From positions 38,504,001-38,568,000 of the forward strand of contig NC_087447.1 of assembly GCF_036321535.1 (NCBI RefSeq): DNA of 64,000 nucleotides. The letters run 5' to 3'. This DNA comes from Camelus dromedarius. Its lineage: Eukaryota. The notes beneath the pieces were generated by a model. That model was not told the DNA's origin. It did not search any database and was given only the letters and a program-made list of their open reading frames with translations. A program made the translations under genes and the position numbers. Shown piece after piece: positions 1 through 12,860 of this stretch. Position 1 is the first letter of the stretch. Every line of letters begins with the position of its first letter.

Positions 1-530
1 GTTAACATGTGTATCTTAATATTCAGCAAAGACTTGTTGACCCTCTGCATATTTTTGGAGCTCTTTTTCTGTGTAGCTCTCTTCCTTCCAAAACTCTGTC
101 CTGCAACTTTCAGCTGCTTCAGTCTGCCTAATCTCCATTGTCGGTCTTTTCTGCTCAGGGAAACATTTGTGCCCTGCTTGGAATCCACTGTCCCCTCTGC
201 AATCTGGAATAAGCTTCTAGGCAGAAAGCCAGGGCAGTCCTAAGGCTTAGTTTATTTATTTCTCTTCCATCAGGGATTGTAGTCCTGTGCTGCCTGGTGT
301 ATAATGTTTAAAAACAGTTGTTTCACCTATTTACTCCAGTTTTCTGTTTAAGGTAGGAGGGTAAATCCAGTTCATGCTACTCCGTGACTAGAAGCCAAAG
401 TCGCTTCCGTTTGATTTCTATCATCTTGTAGCCCTCAGTCTGTGACTTGAAATCTTTTCTTACAAAGAATGGCCAGTCTCATGGCATGAATAGTCCTTGT
501 CTCCCTTGTCTGTGTGGCCAGTTTTTTTCT

Positions 531-858
531 CTGGAGATGACAAACCTTTTCTGTAAAGGACCAGTTAGTAAATACCATCTTGGGCTTTGTGGGTCATGTG
601 GTCTCTGTCTCAGCCACTCATCACTGCCACTGTAGCACTGAAGCAGACATAAGCAATCTGTGTATGAAGGAATATGGCCATGTTCCAATAAAACCGTATT
701 TGTGGACTCTGAAATTTGTATTTCACATCATTTTCATATGTCATGAAATATTTATCTTTTGAATTTTTCAGAAGTTCATTTAAAATTGTAAAAATCATTC
801 TGTACAAAAACAGATGGCAGACTGGGTATGATCTGTGGGCCATGGTTTGCCAGTCCTG
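531..858. mobile_element. MER58B-like hAT-Charlie non-autonomous DNA transposon
   Basis: Termini ...gacaaaccttttctgtaaaggaccag and tggtttgccagtcctg; internal gttccaataaaac and tgaaatttgtatttcacatcattttc. Confidence 0.75.
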
Positions 859-1379
859 CTCTGTAGCACTTTTAGCATGTGAGGTTACGTTCCCAACTTT
901 AGAATCTCTTATGTTTGTGGAAGTTGTTTCAGACAGGATTTCCTGAATTAATAGTCATGAATTTGCTCTAGGAATTTTCTCCCTATCTTGTTTGTTGAAG
1001 GATTTACAATATTTCCGAGTTGGACATTATGTCCTATTGGTATTCCTTGTGCATTGATGATTCTCTAAGTTTGAAGCTTCAGTGATTTGTAACATAAATT
1101 GGTCCCTTTATATTTTGATTTTTGAAATTCAGTGTAACAACGTTGTATATACTTAAGGTCTAGCCTATTCCTTGTTTTAACTTATTTCTTTTCGCATTCC
1201 TATGTATAGTGATCCCTTTGAACAGATACCTGGCAGGTAAGTAGAAGGAGATGATGGTAAAGTGACTACTTTCAGTATCATTCAGTCACTTAAGGGTATT
1301 TAACCAGTGACTGCTTATAAAGTTTCAAAGTAATTTTTAGAAAGAAGGTATTTTAATTTGAACAGATTTCTTTGTGCAA

Positions 1380-3170
1380 GACTTTATTAGCTATTCCGGG
1401 GAAATGGGTAGATACGGAGCTTTCCCTTCCTACGGATTATTCAGTATCTAGTGGAGGAACACAAAGAGTGACAAAAAACAAATGCTGAGACCGTAGAGTG
1501 AAGGCAGAGGGAAAGAAGCGTGCAGAAAGTTGTCAGGCCCAGCAGGTGATGGTGTATATTCCTCCTGGAGAATTTGAGGGAGCTGAGCTTAATTAGTGAT
1601 GTTTTCACTGGAGCTTGATGGACTGTGTTAGGCTTTGAGGTGGGGAAGAGAGGGAAGGGGAAGGGTGAGGTGGTGGAAAGGCTGGGAAGAAGCTCGGGCA
1701 GAAGCAGAGTTGGCAGCATGCAGGGTGTTTGCTGGGATTGGAACCTTAATCTAAAAGGTTTTTAAATTCATTGGAGAAAAAAAAATGATAAAATTGATTG
1801 GGCTTGGGTTGTGGAGGGCTTAAAAATGATGGCCCTTCTGTATGTACTGGGAAACTGCTGGGGATTCTGAACAAGGAGTGCCTGAACCCAGTCTAACGTA
1901 GTATGAATGATGGAGAAATGTAGATTTAAGGAAGGGTGGTCAGGTAAGAGGTTATTAGAATCATGGAGTCTGTTCTCTTTCCATTCGTTCTGCCACTTTT
2001 GTCTAAGCCCCTCTGATGTCACACCCATATTATTGCAGTGGCCTCTGAAGTAGTCTTTATTTCCATTTTGCCCCCCAAAAGCTGTTCTTCCAGTGCAGCC
2101 AAAAGGATCTTTTTTAGACCATAAATTAAATGTTACACTGCTGCTTAAAATCTGTCATCATCTCAATGCACTTGGACTAACATCTGAATCCCTTACCATA
2201 AGTGTACAAGGAAACTTTTTGCAGGATCTGTCATCTTCTTGCTTTCTCACATACAGGCTGATTTGCCTTCTCACACCCTAGAACATGCTGAATATGTTCC
2301 AAATGACTTGCTTCATTCAACTGTTCCAATTATCCTTTTACTCTGGGATTAGATACCACCTCCTCAGCCTTCTTTTACTACCCATTCTAATACCACACTG
2401 CCCTGTATTTACTTCATGACACTTACCCATCTGCGTTTATTTTGTCTGTCTTGTCTAACCTGTACCTTAACATCATAAGCTCTGTGAGGGCAGAACCATG
2501 TCTCTTGGGTTTTTGCTTTACCCATATTGCCTGGCATGTGCAGAAAACCACCATTTGATAAATGAATAAGGAGCACACCAACCTTCCAGTGATAGAAATA
2601 ATGGTGAGTATGGCAGTTACATACAGGGTTAGTCCAGGAGGTGTTGGGGAATGGGGACTGGAGCTTGAAAGAAGAGGGTAAGACTGAATTTTAAGTGCAG
2701 ATTTGGAATTGGTCTGTTTTGAGCTAATAATTGAAGCGGAGGCAGTGGATTGAAGTAGAAAGTGTGTGTTTGAGAGAAGGTAAAACTTTTGTGGAAGATG
2801 AACATTTAGGGTATCGAAAGGCCCAAATTAAAAGATTAAATGGCAGGAAAAAGCGAAGAGAAGCAGCCCTTAATTGGAAAGACGCAGGAGAGTATTTTCA
2901 AGGAAGCCGAAGGGTGGTAGAGAGCCTTGAGTGCTGTGCAAGGAGGACTGGGGAGACGGGCAGCAGTGCCTGTGTAGAGATTGCTGAGGACTTTGAGAGA
3001 TTTGTTTCAGTCGTGTGGTTGTGGGAACCAGATTATAGCGGGTTGTGGTATGATTGGAGAGCAAGGGAGTGGAGGAATTACGTATGGGCTGCTATATGGA
3101 GAAATTCTCTGGCAAAATCAGAGGGTGATGCAGTTATCTTGCTTGGTGTAGGGTAGGATGTTAGAGGAAT
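1380..3170. mobile_element. Cluster of degenerate L2 LINE fragments in both orientations
   Basis: L2 3'-end motif (cataagctctgtgagggcag...tgcctggcat...aaatgaataa) near 2470-2570; purine-rich antisense L2-like blocks on either side. Confidence 0.5.
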
Positions 3171-3326
3171 AAGAAGAAGACAGTGCAGGGCACTCAGTCA
3201 TAGATATGTAGGTATAGAAGTCTGGAAGTAGATATTATTGTGTAGGTACTGAAGCATTTGAGATTCAAAAGCCTGTGGTTCGTAGGTAACATCCCTTTCT
3301 GACTAGTGAGTGACAGTGGCTTAGTG

Positions 3327-3590
3327 CAGTGCTTCTCAGACAGAGGTGAAGGGCCAGTTTAAGAATTTTTTGTTTAACTTTCACTGTTACGGAATGATAC
3401 ATTTTGTTAAATGTAATAGTAAAGACGAACTGTTAGAAAAGTAATCATACTCTTGGATATTGTGACAATGTCAAATTACTATAAAAGTTTCTAAATGCTT
3501 TTGATTTCCGCCTCATTGTAGGATGGTAATGAAATAAGTTTGTAGAAGTTCTCTGTCTGCAGATCTCTTTCTGAGTAGCCCTAACATAGT
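3327..3590. mobile_element. Probable hAT-Charlie DNA transposon relic
   Basis: Starts with a Charlie-type TIR cagtgcttctca; AT-rich interior. Confidence 0.4.
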
Positions 3591-5375
3591 GGGTGAGGGA
3601 GCAGGAGATCCAGGAACTTTCCGTAAGTGGCCCTTTGACTTCTAAAGAGTCTAGTAACTTCCAGGTGAAGATCACCCAGTAGAAGTCACATGCTAACACG
3701 AGAAAAAAATACTCTACTTTTATGAACTCCGTGTTGTAAAGAACTCGATAATGTTGAATAAGATGTTGGCCCCTTTCCCTTCTGCTAATACTAAAAATTA
3801 TTTGAAGTAAAGGAAGACTTTAAGTATATAACAGTTAAAACATGAGAATTATTACCTTAAATGTTAGTACTATTAAAATATGAGAATATTTAAGAATAAT
3901 TAAGAATGTATTCTGAGTTTTCTGGAGAATTTATAGTATGAGAAAATGATACTGATAGATGAGGAATGCTGTCTCATGTTACAACATGAATGTTGAGTGA
4001 AAAGTCTGTAATTGCATTTTGCTCTGATGATACCTGGGTAAAAGTACTGCATGTTTATTTTATTTGTCAGAGCATTTTGAGTCATAAGTGACAGAAATGC
4101 AACTCAAGCCAGCTTTAACTGGGCACTTACTGGTTGATGAGGAAGCGAGGGACTGGTAGGGTAAAACTGGCATTCAGTGACCCCCATTGCCAGGGTATCG
4201 TCAGGATCCACTCTCAAGGTGAGAACTTTGGGGTAGGGAAATCCTCTAGTGTAAGAACGCTTGTGACAAAGCCTGAGGCCAGAAAGCGTGAAAAGACTGG
4301 CCCACTCTCACAGCTATTTATGGGCACAGCAGTGGTTTGAACTCAGGTTCCCCGTGCTTAACCATTACAGCTTCTGCCTCTGCCCGACAGAGCGTGTAAG
4401 ACCTTCAAAACCGACAGTGTTTCTGAAGCAGGTATGCTGTTATTTAAATTTGACATTTTAGTATAGATCTTTTGCTCACAGATTTCAAAGGATTTAAATT
4501 GAAAAATTATCTTTGTGCTCATTAGCATTCAGCTGCTATTTATAGTTGGTTACAGCATCTCATTTTCAAAAGGGACTATTTTATTTTCATTCATTCTCCC
4601 TACTTGTGGCAATATGAAAAACAAAATGAATTCATTCTATTATGAAAATTAATAGTACCAAACAGTGGAATCTCTAGGTCTTCCTTGATTCTGTGTTATA
4701 ATTAGAGGTTATACATTTTTGTTTAGTCTTATTTGGACAGTGCTGTCTATTTCTTAGGATATGAATATTTAACTCTTGGGGGAAAGGAACAGACCGTACA
4801 GTCCTGATACAATTTGATATTTAACTCCTTTAAACTATTGTCTGAAACATGTGGACTGTTGTTAGGTCACAGAAATAATTTGACATGAGAATTTTTATGT
4901 CTTGACATTTTAGCGGCAGACTTAACCTGGATTAAATTTCTGGAGAATTGTAGTCATGTGAGAATGTATAATGTATCCCTAACTTCCTGGAAGAAGTATA
5001 CAGACCTTGACTGTGCCTAAAACATGTTTAATACACAGAGGTCAAATTAAAAACAGCACAGAATCTTAAAATTTTTTCAATTCTGGGTCTGAAGAAGCCC
5101 AGACTTTTATTTTCATTTGCTACAACAGAGTTCCTTCAAATAATGCACTGGCAAGTTGACAGGTGAGTGACCCCATGTCTGGCTGGGGAATATATCTCTG
5201 AACTTATTGTCATCTTACAGTGTGAATGTAAACTGAAGTCCAAGTGGTTTGGCATTGATAAAAATATACACAAGTATAGTTGTTCTTTATATGGCAATTT
5301 TTACTGGGTGTCTGATAATCTGTTTACTTTCTCAAGTGGAAGTCCAAGCAGATTTCATTTTTGTATTAAAAAGTC

Positions 5376-5381
5376 TTTATT
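5376..5381 (-). terminator. Distal polyadenylation signal AATAAA
   Basis: Plus strand tttatt; minus-strand context ttttggaAATAAAgac. Confidence 0.7.
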
Positions 5382-6023
5382 TCCAAAATGATTAGTTAGC
5401 CAGAAAAACTATAAACCACCTAACACAAGACTTTGGTAAGAAAGAGATCTGACGCTTATAAATTCCCCCTTGGAAACAAACAAAAGAATAACAACTTATG
5501 TAACAAGAAACATGTTACCCATTCTCAGCCATTAACCAGTTGCCTGGTTTTAAGTCTCCAAAATGAGGATTAAAATGTACCCAGTAGACACCAGATAAAA
5601 ACTTGAGAAACTAGGGTGGCTTGTCCTTAGTTGCTTAGGAATTGCTGTTATATGGAACTTTGATTTTCATAGGTGAGAGGAAAGGTGCCTCCAGACAGCT
5701 AACAGTAAATGTTGCAAAAGCGGGCAGATTCTGTATCAGGACTTATTTTTTTCCAAGTAGAAAATTAAACCTCTTATTTCTTTATATTATGCTGCTTTGT
5801 TCAGGGAGAAAGCAGTTCATTTAAGGATGAAAAAAATAATAATTTTGGAAACAACTCAAACCTCCAGAAAGCTCAGGGATGTGGTAATAATGGTAAGAAT
5901 GAGGGAGCAAAAGGCATATCTTTTGCTAAATGTGATTGAAATGGATAACAGTTGTAAAAAAGGCCCAACTTTCTGAACACTGAATTCGTTTAAAACTAAA
6001 ACACAAAAGATAGACCCAATGAG

Positions 6024-6029
6024 TTTATT
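6024..6029 (-). terminator. Proximal polyadenylation signal AATAAA
   Basis: Plus strand tttatt; followed on the minus strand by U/GU-rich tcttttgtgttttagtttt. Confidence 0.55.
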
Positions 6030-6080
6030 GAACAGTCTCTCTTGTGTTATAAAGAAAATAGTACAGATCAAGGCTATAGC

Positions 6081-6102
6081 ATATATATATATATATATAT
6101 AT
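6081..6102. repeat. (AT)n microsatellite in the 3' UTR
   Basis: About 11 uninterrupted AT units. Confidence 0.9.
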
Positions 6103-7509
6103 TGTGTCTGGAACTATCTTTAGTGTATTCAAAGCATTGTATGCATCTCATCCATGGTACGTATTTGGATTAAGCATGATAACGAAGGCCTGAAACAAAC
6201 GAAACAATAATTTCAACAACAAATGAATGAGTAAAACCTGCTGATAGACTCTTCTCAGTAAAATGTCCTTTTACACTAATCCTTGGCAGTCGGTATCCCT
6301 GAATTTGGTGTGCTTATGAGTGCTCAGGAGGGGATGGGAAACCATGACCTTCCCTGTGGTTGTGTTGGAGTACCAGACCCCTGGTGTGGAGAGCTGACAC
6401 AGGTTTGACTTCCCACCAGACTTCTCTGCCAAGCTTGATTCTGTACCATTCCTTTTCCCCTAGATTTGTCTTTAAAAAAAAAAAAAATCCCAAAACTTTT
6501 CAATTACAGAGAGAGAGAGTATTTTTGTTGAAGGAATGGCATGCTAGGCTGTGGACCAACTTAGCAAAATGTTTACATAAAGAAAACAATGTTTTCTTGT
6601 TAGAAACTGGTTTGAAAACTTAAAAACCTCGCTGCGTGTCAGAAGATTTTAAAAACTCAGGTTTGGGACTTCTACAGAGGCCAGTTTTGCTGCCTTGGCC
6701 TTGGTTCTAGTAAGGATCTAGTATCAGAAGTTTTGTAAAGCTGGCTTCCTAAGAGAATTGTGTCCCCCAAACCCTGCAAAACAAGGGAAAAACAATTTCT
6801 AGACTTGGTACCTTTTCCTTCGGGTGTAAGAACTGGTTGCCTTACATTCAAATGAAGCAGCCATCACTTTTTTCCTTTGTGGTATCAGGACCAATATTAG
6901 GGGGTGAGATACATGTATTCACAACTTCTCAATGAAAGAAGAAAAGCCACCCAGCATCACGTCTGCCAGCTGTTTTCCCCAAGAGCTACTGATGACTGAG
7001 GAGACTCAACAAGGGACCCTAAGTTCCACTAAACAAGAAGAGATGGGCAAACAATAGTTTCCTGCAAGAGCAAGAAGGCCACAGACGAGAACGAGGGGAA
7101 TCTGCTCTCCACCTGATCAGGAATGTTTCCTCCCTGCCACACCCTGGAACCGAAGCACAGTCATTTGCAGACACAGTGGCCTCTCCCTGTGAAGGAGGCC
7201 GGGGTCTCTGTCCTGCTGCCCAAGTGGATGCTGCAGAGGGACACAGTTCTGTTCAGTACCGGGTAGCGGACACTAACTAACTTGTGCTGCAGGAGGGCCA
7301 GCTGAGGCTGACGGAGCCCCTCTCAGATTTTGCCCACCAAGAAGTGTACAGAAGGATGTCCCTGGCATCCACAAGACTACTGGGCAGACCACACTGCAGA
7401 AAAGAAAACTAGTATACACGATTTAAATTGCCTTAAACAAACAAGCAAACAATCCAGCCATTGGTGACTGTGGGATCTAGAGTGCAGCCCTGGGAAACGT
7501 GTACCCTTG

Positions 7510-7673
7510 CTAACATGGGTGGACATTGCATGCTCTGATCTCCTTCTTGTCTTTACAGCTGGTAAACTGGGAGCTTTTGAACCTCTTCTTTACAGTCATG
7601 TAGCGTTCCTGAATTCCGCCTCCACATAGTTTGGTGCATTCTGACCAGGCCGTCCAGGGGCGCATCCTGCAGC
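7510..7673 (-). CDS. SPON1: SPON1 last coding exon 16, TSR6: (G)CRMRPWTAWSECTKLCGGGIQERYMTVKKRFKSSQFTSCKDKKEIRACNVHPC*
   Basis: ctttcag|GC TGC ... CCA TGT TAG (stop at 7510-7512); 164 nt; absent from the ORF track. Confidence 0.97.
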
Positions 7674-7834
7674 CTGAAAGCATGAGAAGACCTGGTTAGG
7701 CCAGCAGACATTGCGGGAAGAACAAGGATGCTGAACTTCTGTAAACAACTGTCAACTTAGTTGTCTGGGCTTCTTGTCTGCTCTTGTTTATTTAAATAAT
7801 GGCTTGAGTCCTTATTAGGGACTGTGAGCTCATA

Positions 7835-8260
7835 TGTGATAGACTGCAAAAAAAAAAAAAAAAAAAAAGCCATAAATACTTTGCAGTTTTTTCCCATCAA
7901 GGGGTGGAGTCTGCTTCTGCACCTCTTGAATCTGGGCTTGGCTATATGACTTGCTTTTGGTCAGTGGGACCTGAGCAAACATGGCTTGGAAACAGCTGTC
8001 AGGAACTTTTCCACCACTGTGTAAGCAAGCCTGGCTATCTGCTGGAGAGAACACGTGGAGAGAGGCCCCAGGAGCACAGGTGAGGCCAGTCGAGACCTTC
8101 AGCCCCAGGTGAGCCATCAGCTGACAGCACCCACTTGGATGAGCCTAAGCTAGACCCCAGAAGAATCATCCAGCTTACTCAGCCAAAGTCCCTGCCCTAT
8201 AGAATCGTGTTAATTTCATTTGTTTTGGGGTGGCTTCTTAATGCAGCAACCACTCAACGA
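7835..8260 (+). mobile_element. MaLR (MLT1F/G-like) solo LTR in intron 15, with an expanded A-run
   Basis: tgtgatagactgcaaa...ggtggagtct...cttgaatctgggcttggc...tgacttgctttt; end ttttggggtggcttcttaatgcagcaa. Confidence 0.7.
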
Positions 8261-9329
8261 GCAGTTAATCACTTTCTCTTATGCATTGCTCCCCCAAGGA
8301 CTTAGCTTCCCCCCTATGCTAAGTAAACTCAAATATAATTTGTTTTTCCTCTATAGATAGGTTTGCCTTTCTTAAGACTTTGCTGACCCCTAGATTAGGT
8401 TACATCTTTGGGTAAAAACAAAAAAGCTTCTGTAGTGCTTTGTATGCTACTCCTTTGTAAAACCAATCACAGTTATGATTATCCAGTCAATACTAAGCTA
8501 AGTTTCACAGCATAGTGCTTGCCTGGCACATAGTTGGGCATAATGAATGTTGACTGGCCTCTGACCACCATGTGCAACAGACAGCATTTTGGTATGGGAG
8601 TGTCTCCCTAGTGGAAAGATTGTGAGCTTCAGGTAGCTCCTTGTAACTGCACTTCTCTCATTGTCCTAGGTGGAGGTGTAATGTTTTAAGGAAGAGAAAA
8701 GAAAAAGGGGTAATTTGAGCTGTACTTTTAAAAGTAGAAACCCATTAACCTTCACTTACACACAGCACCTTCGTCACCCACTCCAGGGAATCCAAAGACC
8801 ATCAATTGGCCTGGACCCGAGACTGACCGTGGATCTTCCCAACTATTGTTTCATCGTTTTGCTGACGATATTGCACTCTTGGCTTGGACCAGCTTATTCA
8901 GCAGTGAGGCTCTATGCAGGATTGTTTAAGTCCTGGAATTCCCTCAAGTTATGCTGGAGGAAGGGGGACACATAATCTCTCTTCTGGGCTATACAGAAAA
9001 TTTAACTGGCCTCTCTGCCTGTTTTTGCCACCTCCAAACCACTCAACACAGGTCAGTTAAAGTCACTGTTCTTAAAACCTTCACCTACAGAGTGAAGTCC
9101 CTACCTCCCCAGCTGGGTTTCCTGCCTCCCCCTGTAGTGTGTTCCTCCTGCATCCCACTTTCTACTTCAACATCTCTTGCTCTTTAGTGTCTCCCTGTCT
9201 TTGCAGTTACTACTCCTGCCGCCTGGGATGCCCTTCTTTAACTGGCAAACTCCTCCAAGTTCTTTAAAATCTGCTCTGGTTTTCCCTGCTTTGACATCTG
9301 GAAGGCCAGCCTTGCACTTGAGACAGTAC

Positions 9330-9593
9330 CTGGAAACTGCTCCCCATCGGACTCTTCCCTCAGCTGCTCACTCCTCCGGCTCTCTCGGGCCTCCCTCCAG
9401 CGCAGCTTCTGAATGGATGGATTGCGGAGGCATTTCCGGACACGGCACCTTTTCCGCTGCACAGTCTCCGGGCAGGGTGCACCTCCAAACTGAGGCTCCA
9501 TTTGGATCATGCGGGTTCGGATCATGTGGCCTTTCCCACATGACTTGTTACATTCTGACCACTGGGACCACTCGGTGAGCTCACAGTCAATGG
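9330..9593 (-). CDS. SPON1: SPON1 exon 15, TSR5 plus basic linker (IDCELTEWSQWSECNKSCGKG...EQFP)
   Basis: ttgccag|CC ... CCA G|gtactg; 264 nt, phase 1-1. Confidence 0.97.
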
Positions 9594-11587
9594 CTGGCAA
9601 GAGAGAGATGGGCATGAGTGCATCTCATGTCTGTAACAAGATACTGTCACTTATACTCTTTTGAACATTTTAACACAAGCCTATGAGAAATGCCAAACAG
9701 GTAGTGTTTTTATGGAAGTAGAAACTGTTTTTATGAAAGTAGAAACTGAGGCTCCAAGAGACAGATTATCTAGCCCATATGGTTGGTAAGCGGTATATGC
9801 AAGATTAGTGCCCAAATCATAGCCAACCTTCTTTGCCCTCTTTATGATTTGAGATGGCTTTGGGGGGACTTTGAAGATCAGTTCAAAGCCTCTTGCCCTG
9901 CAAGCTTCTAGAAGAGTATCAGGTTAGCCTCAAGTGGCACAGACCAGCTTCCCACAGCAGAGGACCCTGATTTTCTCAGGGAAGTCAGCTCACTGGTGCC
10001 ATTTTTCAGAGCTGAACCCTGTGGACAGTACTGATGACACTGACTTGCAGTAAGACCCAGGCAGTGTCTCTTGTTCTCGACATCATCCTGGGTCTTCTGT
10101 GTGGCAGTCTGCAAAAAACACAGGAGTCGGAAGTGGGAAATACAGTAGAGAAGAGGGACAGGAGCAAGTGGTGTCCTGGCTTATCACAGTAAGAGATCCA
10201 GCAAGTTCTCATTAAGCCAGCATCTCACAAATGTGGAGGGAGAACAACTTAACAGAGTGACTCTCAGGATGTCTCCTAGAGAGGTAGATGATTCCAAACT
10301 CTCCACTGCCTTTGCAAAGTGAGGACCAGACTGGAGAGACGTAGCAAGAACTCATTTTGTTCACAGTCTCAGGCCTTTTCTCCCTGTGGGAGCTCCGGCA
10401 GCTTTCCTGTATGCATCATGGGTATGATGGTAATTTTCTCATCAGGTTGTGAGGATTGAGGGAAATAATGCTCCCAGCCCAATTCTTGGCCCACAGTAAG
10501 TATTCTTTAAATATTCTTTCTTTTCTCCCTTCATTCAGTGGACCTTGTAGCTATACAGTTTTGTTTAAGTTGGTTACAGTGTCTCAGAAGGTTCTGGAAC
10601 CCCAGCTGGGCTGGTAAGCTGGGCTGAACTCGGGGTCAATCTTAATTATTAAAAAGCGCAGGCTTTATTTAATTTGATGGCCTGAGTCACCTCCACATAT
10701 GGCTGCGTCTGGTTTAAAAAAGCTCAAGAACTGGTCTACATAACACTGACGGAGGCTGCACTCTCCAGGTCCAGTGCTCAGCACTTCGTACCAGTTCTGT
10801 GGTTTAATTCGCAGAGCAAGCTAAGATGTCTTTCTTGCTATTTTACGGGTGACAGGGGTGCTAAGTAATCTGCTGAAGTTTATGCAGCCAGTAAGGGACA
10901 GAGCTGGGATCTGCACTCGGGCAGGCAGCCTGAGTAATACAAGATAGAGGAACCACAGAAGACTGCAAGCGCATTTCAGAGGAAGCCAGAAAACAGATCT
11001 CAGCAAGCATGGCTGGCTTTCCACCACCTGAAAGGGAAGCTGTCACGACAGACTAGCCAGAAAGATGGGCTCTCCTTGCAAATCAGTCCCCAGGTAATAA
11101 ACACAGCTGATCACAAAGATCTCGGAGGAGATGGGAGTGGGCCTTGGACTTCTGAAAGCTCAGCTTATTGGTTTGCTGGCCTGTCTACTGTCAAGGCTGC
11201 AAAGATACAGGAGTCACTGGTTTGATGTCCACCTTCTGGTCATGGTCACGTAAGATGGTCACAGGGAAGAGAAAGGATTAAAAACCTTGGAAAACCCAGG
11301 GGTCAGACAAGCCTCTAATCTGGGGAGGGGTGGAAAACTATGAAATAAGTTTTACTGATCATGTGCTGTTTTTCATCCAAGTCTCCTGTTTAGACTTCAC
11401 GGCATCATGCAGTTTGGGTATTAAGGAGACAGTAGTGGGATCCCCTTTTACTCCTGAGATGATGGAGAGCTTACTTTACTGCTACAGAGATCCTAGGCCC
11501 ATGCTCTTTCTCCCCAGCAAACGATCTCGCACAGGGCTGGTTAACAGGAGGAGAGAAGAGGTGGCTCCCAGGAGCTCCAGGACTTAC

Positions 11588-11752
11588 GGCATTCAGGCAG
11601 CATGCACTTTTCCACCTGCTCCAGCTCCTCGTTACAGTCCCCGAGTTCGGCCAGAGACTTGAGCATCCGCTGGCGGGTCCTCATGCCCTTCCCACAGGTC
11701 ACGCTGCAGTCGCTCCACTCAGACCATGGGGACAGCAAGCATGGAATGGTGT
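11588..11752 (-). CDS. SPON1: SPON1 exon 14, TSR4 (TIPCLLSPWSEWSDCSVTCGKGMRTRQR...LPEC)
   Basis: cctag|AC ... TGC C|gtaagt; 165 nt, phase 1-1; CSVTCG motif. Confidence 0.97.
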
Positions 11753-12615
11753 CTAGGTCAAGAACCAGGTTTGCTACTGAGATCAGGCCCCCTGCCCTAG
11801 AGAGGTAGATGATTCCAAACTCTCCACTGTCCCACGTGCAGGGCCCCTTATGTGAAATTGACCAATGGGTTCAGATAATCCAAGTGACCCCCATGGAGCA
11901 AGGAGTGGCTCAGCAGACTACTGACTGCTCTTGTCACTCCTGCATTTCCCCTGGCTCAGCTGGTGGTCATGATGTGACAGCAGATGTGGCTCAGTAATAT
12001 GAATGCACATGTCCCCACTTGAAACACCCGAGAGTCTGAATGGGGTCTTCCTAGAGACAAACATCCCCCATGCCCCAAGAACCATGCACTAAAAGACAGG
12101 CTCAAGGATGTGTTTTCGGACACTTTGGTGCTGAAGTCTCTAGAATGTGTGTGTACCTGGGTGCATGTGTACATCTGTGTAGTGATGTATGGATGGGCCT
12201 ATATGCATTTGTGTATAGAGCAGGAATTCTAATGCAGTACATGGGACCACAGGCAACTCCAAGGAGAGTAAGAATGAGAGGTCTGTGATGACCTGGAGAA
12301 TGCACATCTTGTCTACATGTATCACCCCCACCCCCAAGATACTCTGGGGTCGTATAAAACAGCCACAAGTGAATTCTGTCCAGAGGCCACCAGTTTGCCA
12401 CCCTAGCATTACTCAGAATGGCCCTTAAAGGCGGCTGCTCTCTCTCAATCTGGTTGATGCCGGCATACCTATAGCCCTCATCTTGCTCCTAGCAGTACCC
12501 TGTAAGGACAGGGTCTATATTTTCCCCCTGCATCTGCCCAGCCTTGGTGGTGGTAATAGTAGGGGCTGCTGTAGTCCTCGGTCCTCTCCCCCACGCCCAC
12601 CTCACGCCCACTCAC

Positions 12616-12783
12616 GGCACTCGGGCATCATGCACTTCTCTGCCTGAGACGTCTCGGCCTTGCACATGGAACCATCCGCGGGGCTCATCTTCACCATGCG
12701 GTGCCGCTTCTTCATGCCCATCCCGCAGGTGGCGCTGCACTCGTCCCACTCGCCCCACTCGGTCATCAGGCAGCTGCTGGGAG
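12616..12783 (-). CDS. SPON1: SPON1 exon 13, TSR3 (PSSCLMTEWGEWDECSATCGMGMKKRHR...MPEC)
   Basis: ccccag|CT ... TGC C|gtgagt; 168 nt, phase 1-1. Confidence 0.97.
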
Positions 12784-12860
12784 CTGGGGATTCCTGTGCC
12801 GTTGGTGTCGCGTTGGCAGTCTCGAGACCCCGGCCTCCACCCGCCCCGTGCCCCACTCAC

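Larger units (their letters stand above)
5355..7509 (-). other. SPON1: SPON1 3' UTR (~2.1 kb; end position approximate)
   Basis: Repeat-poor, AT-rich sequence after the stop codon, ending at an AATAAA at 5376-5381. Confidence 0.7.

Noticed and set aside
1..5300. Possible 3' end of the neighbouring gene (RRAS2 in human synteny)
   Set aside because: No Ras-like exon or recognisable UTR seen; the region is mostly repeats
10275..11829. CRISPR-like or snoRNA interpretation of the 34-bp repeat
   Set aside because: Only two copies 1.5 kb apart in a mammalian intron; no spacer array and no proper C/D box pair
12601..12605. Second GTGAG donor 10 nt into intron 13
   Set aside because: Weaker than the annotated donor and frameshifting; no evidence of use
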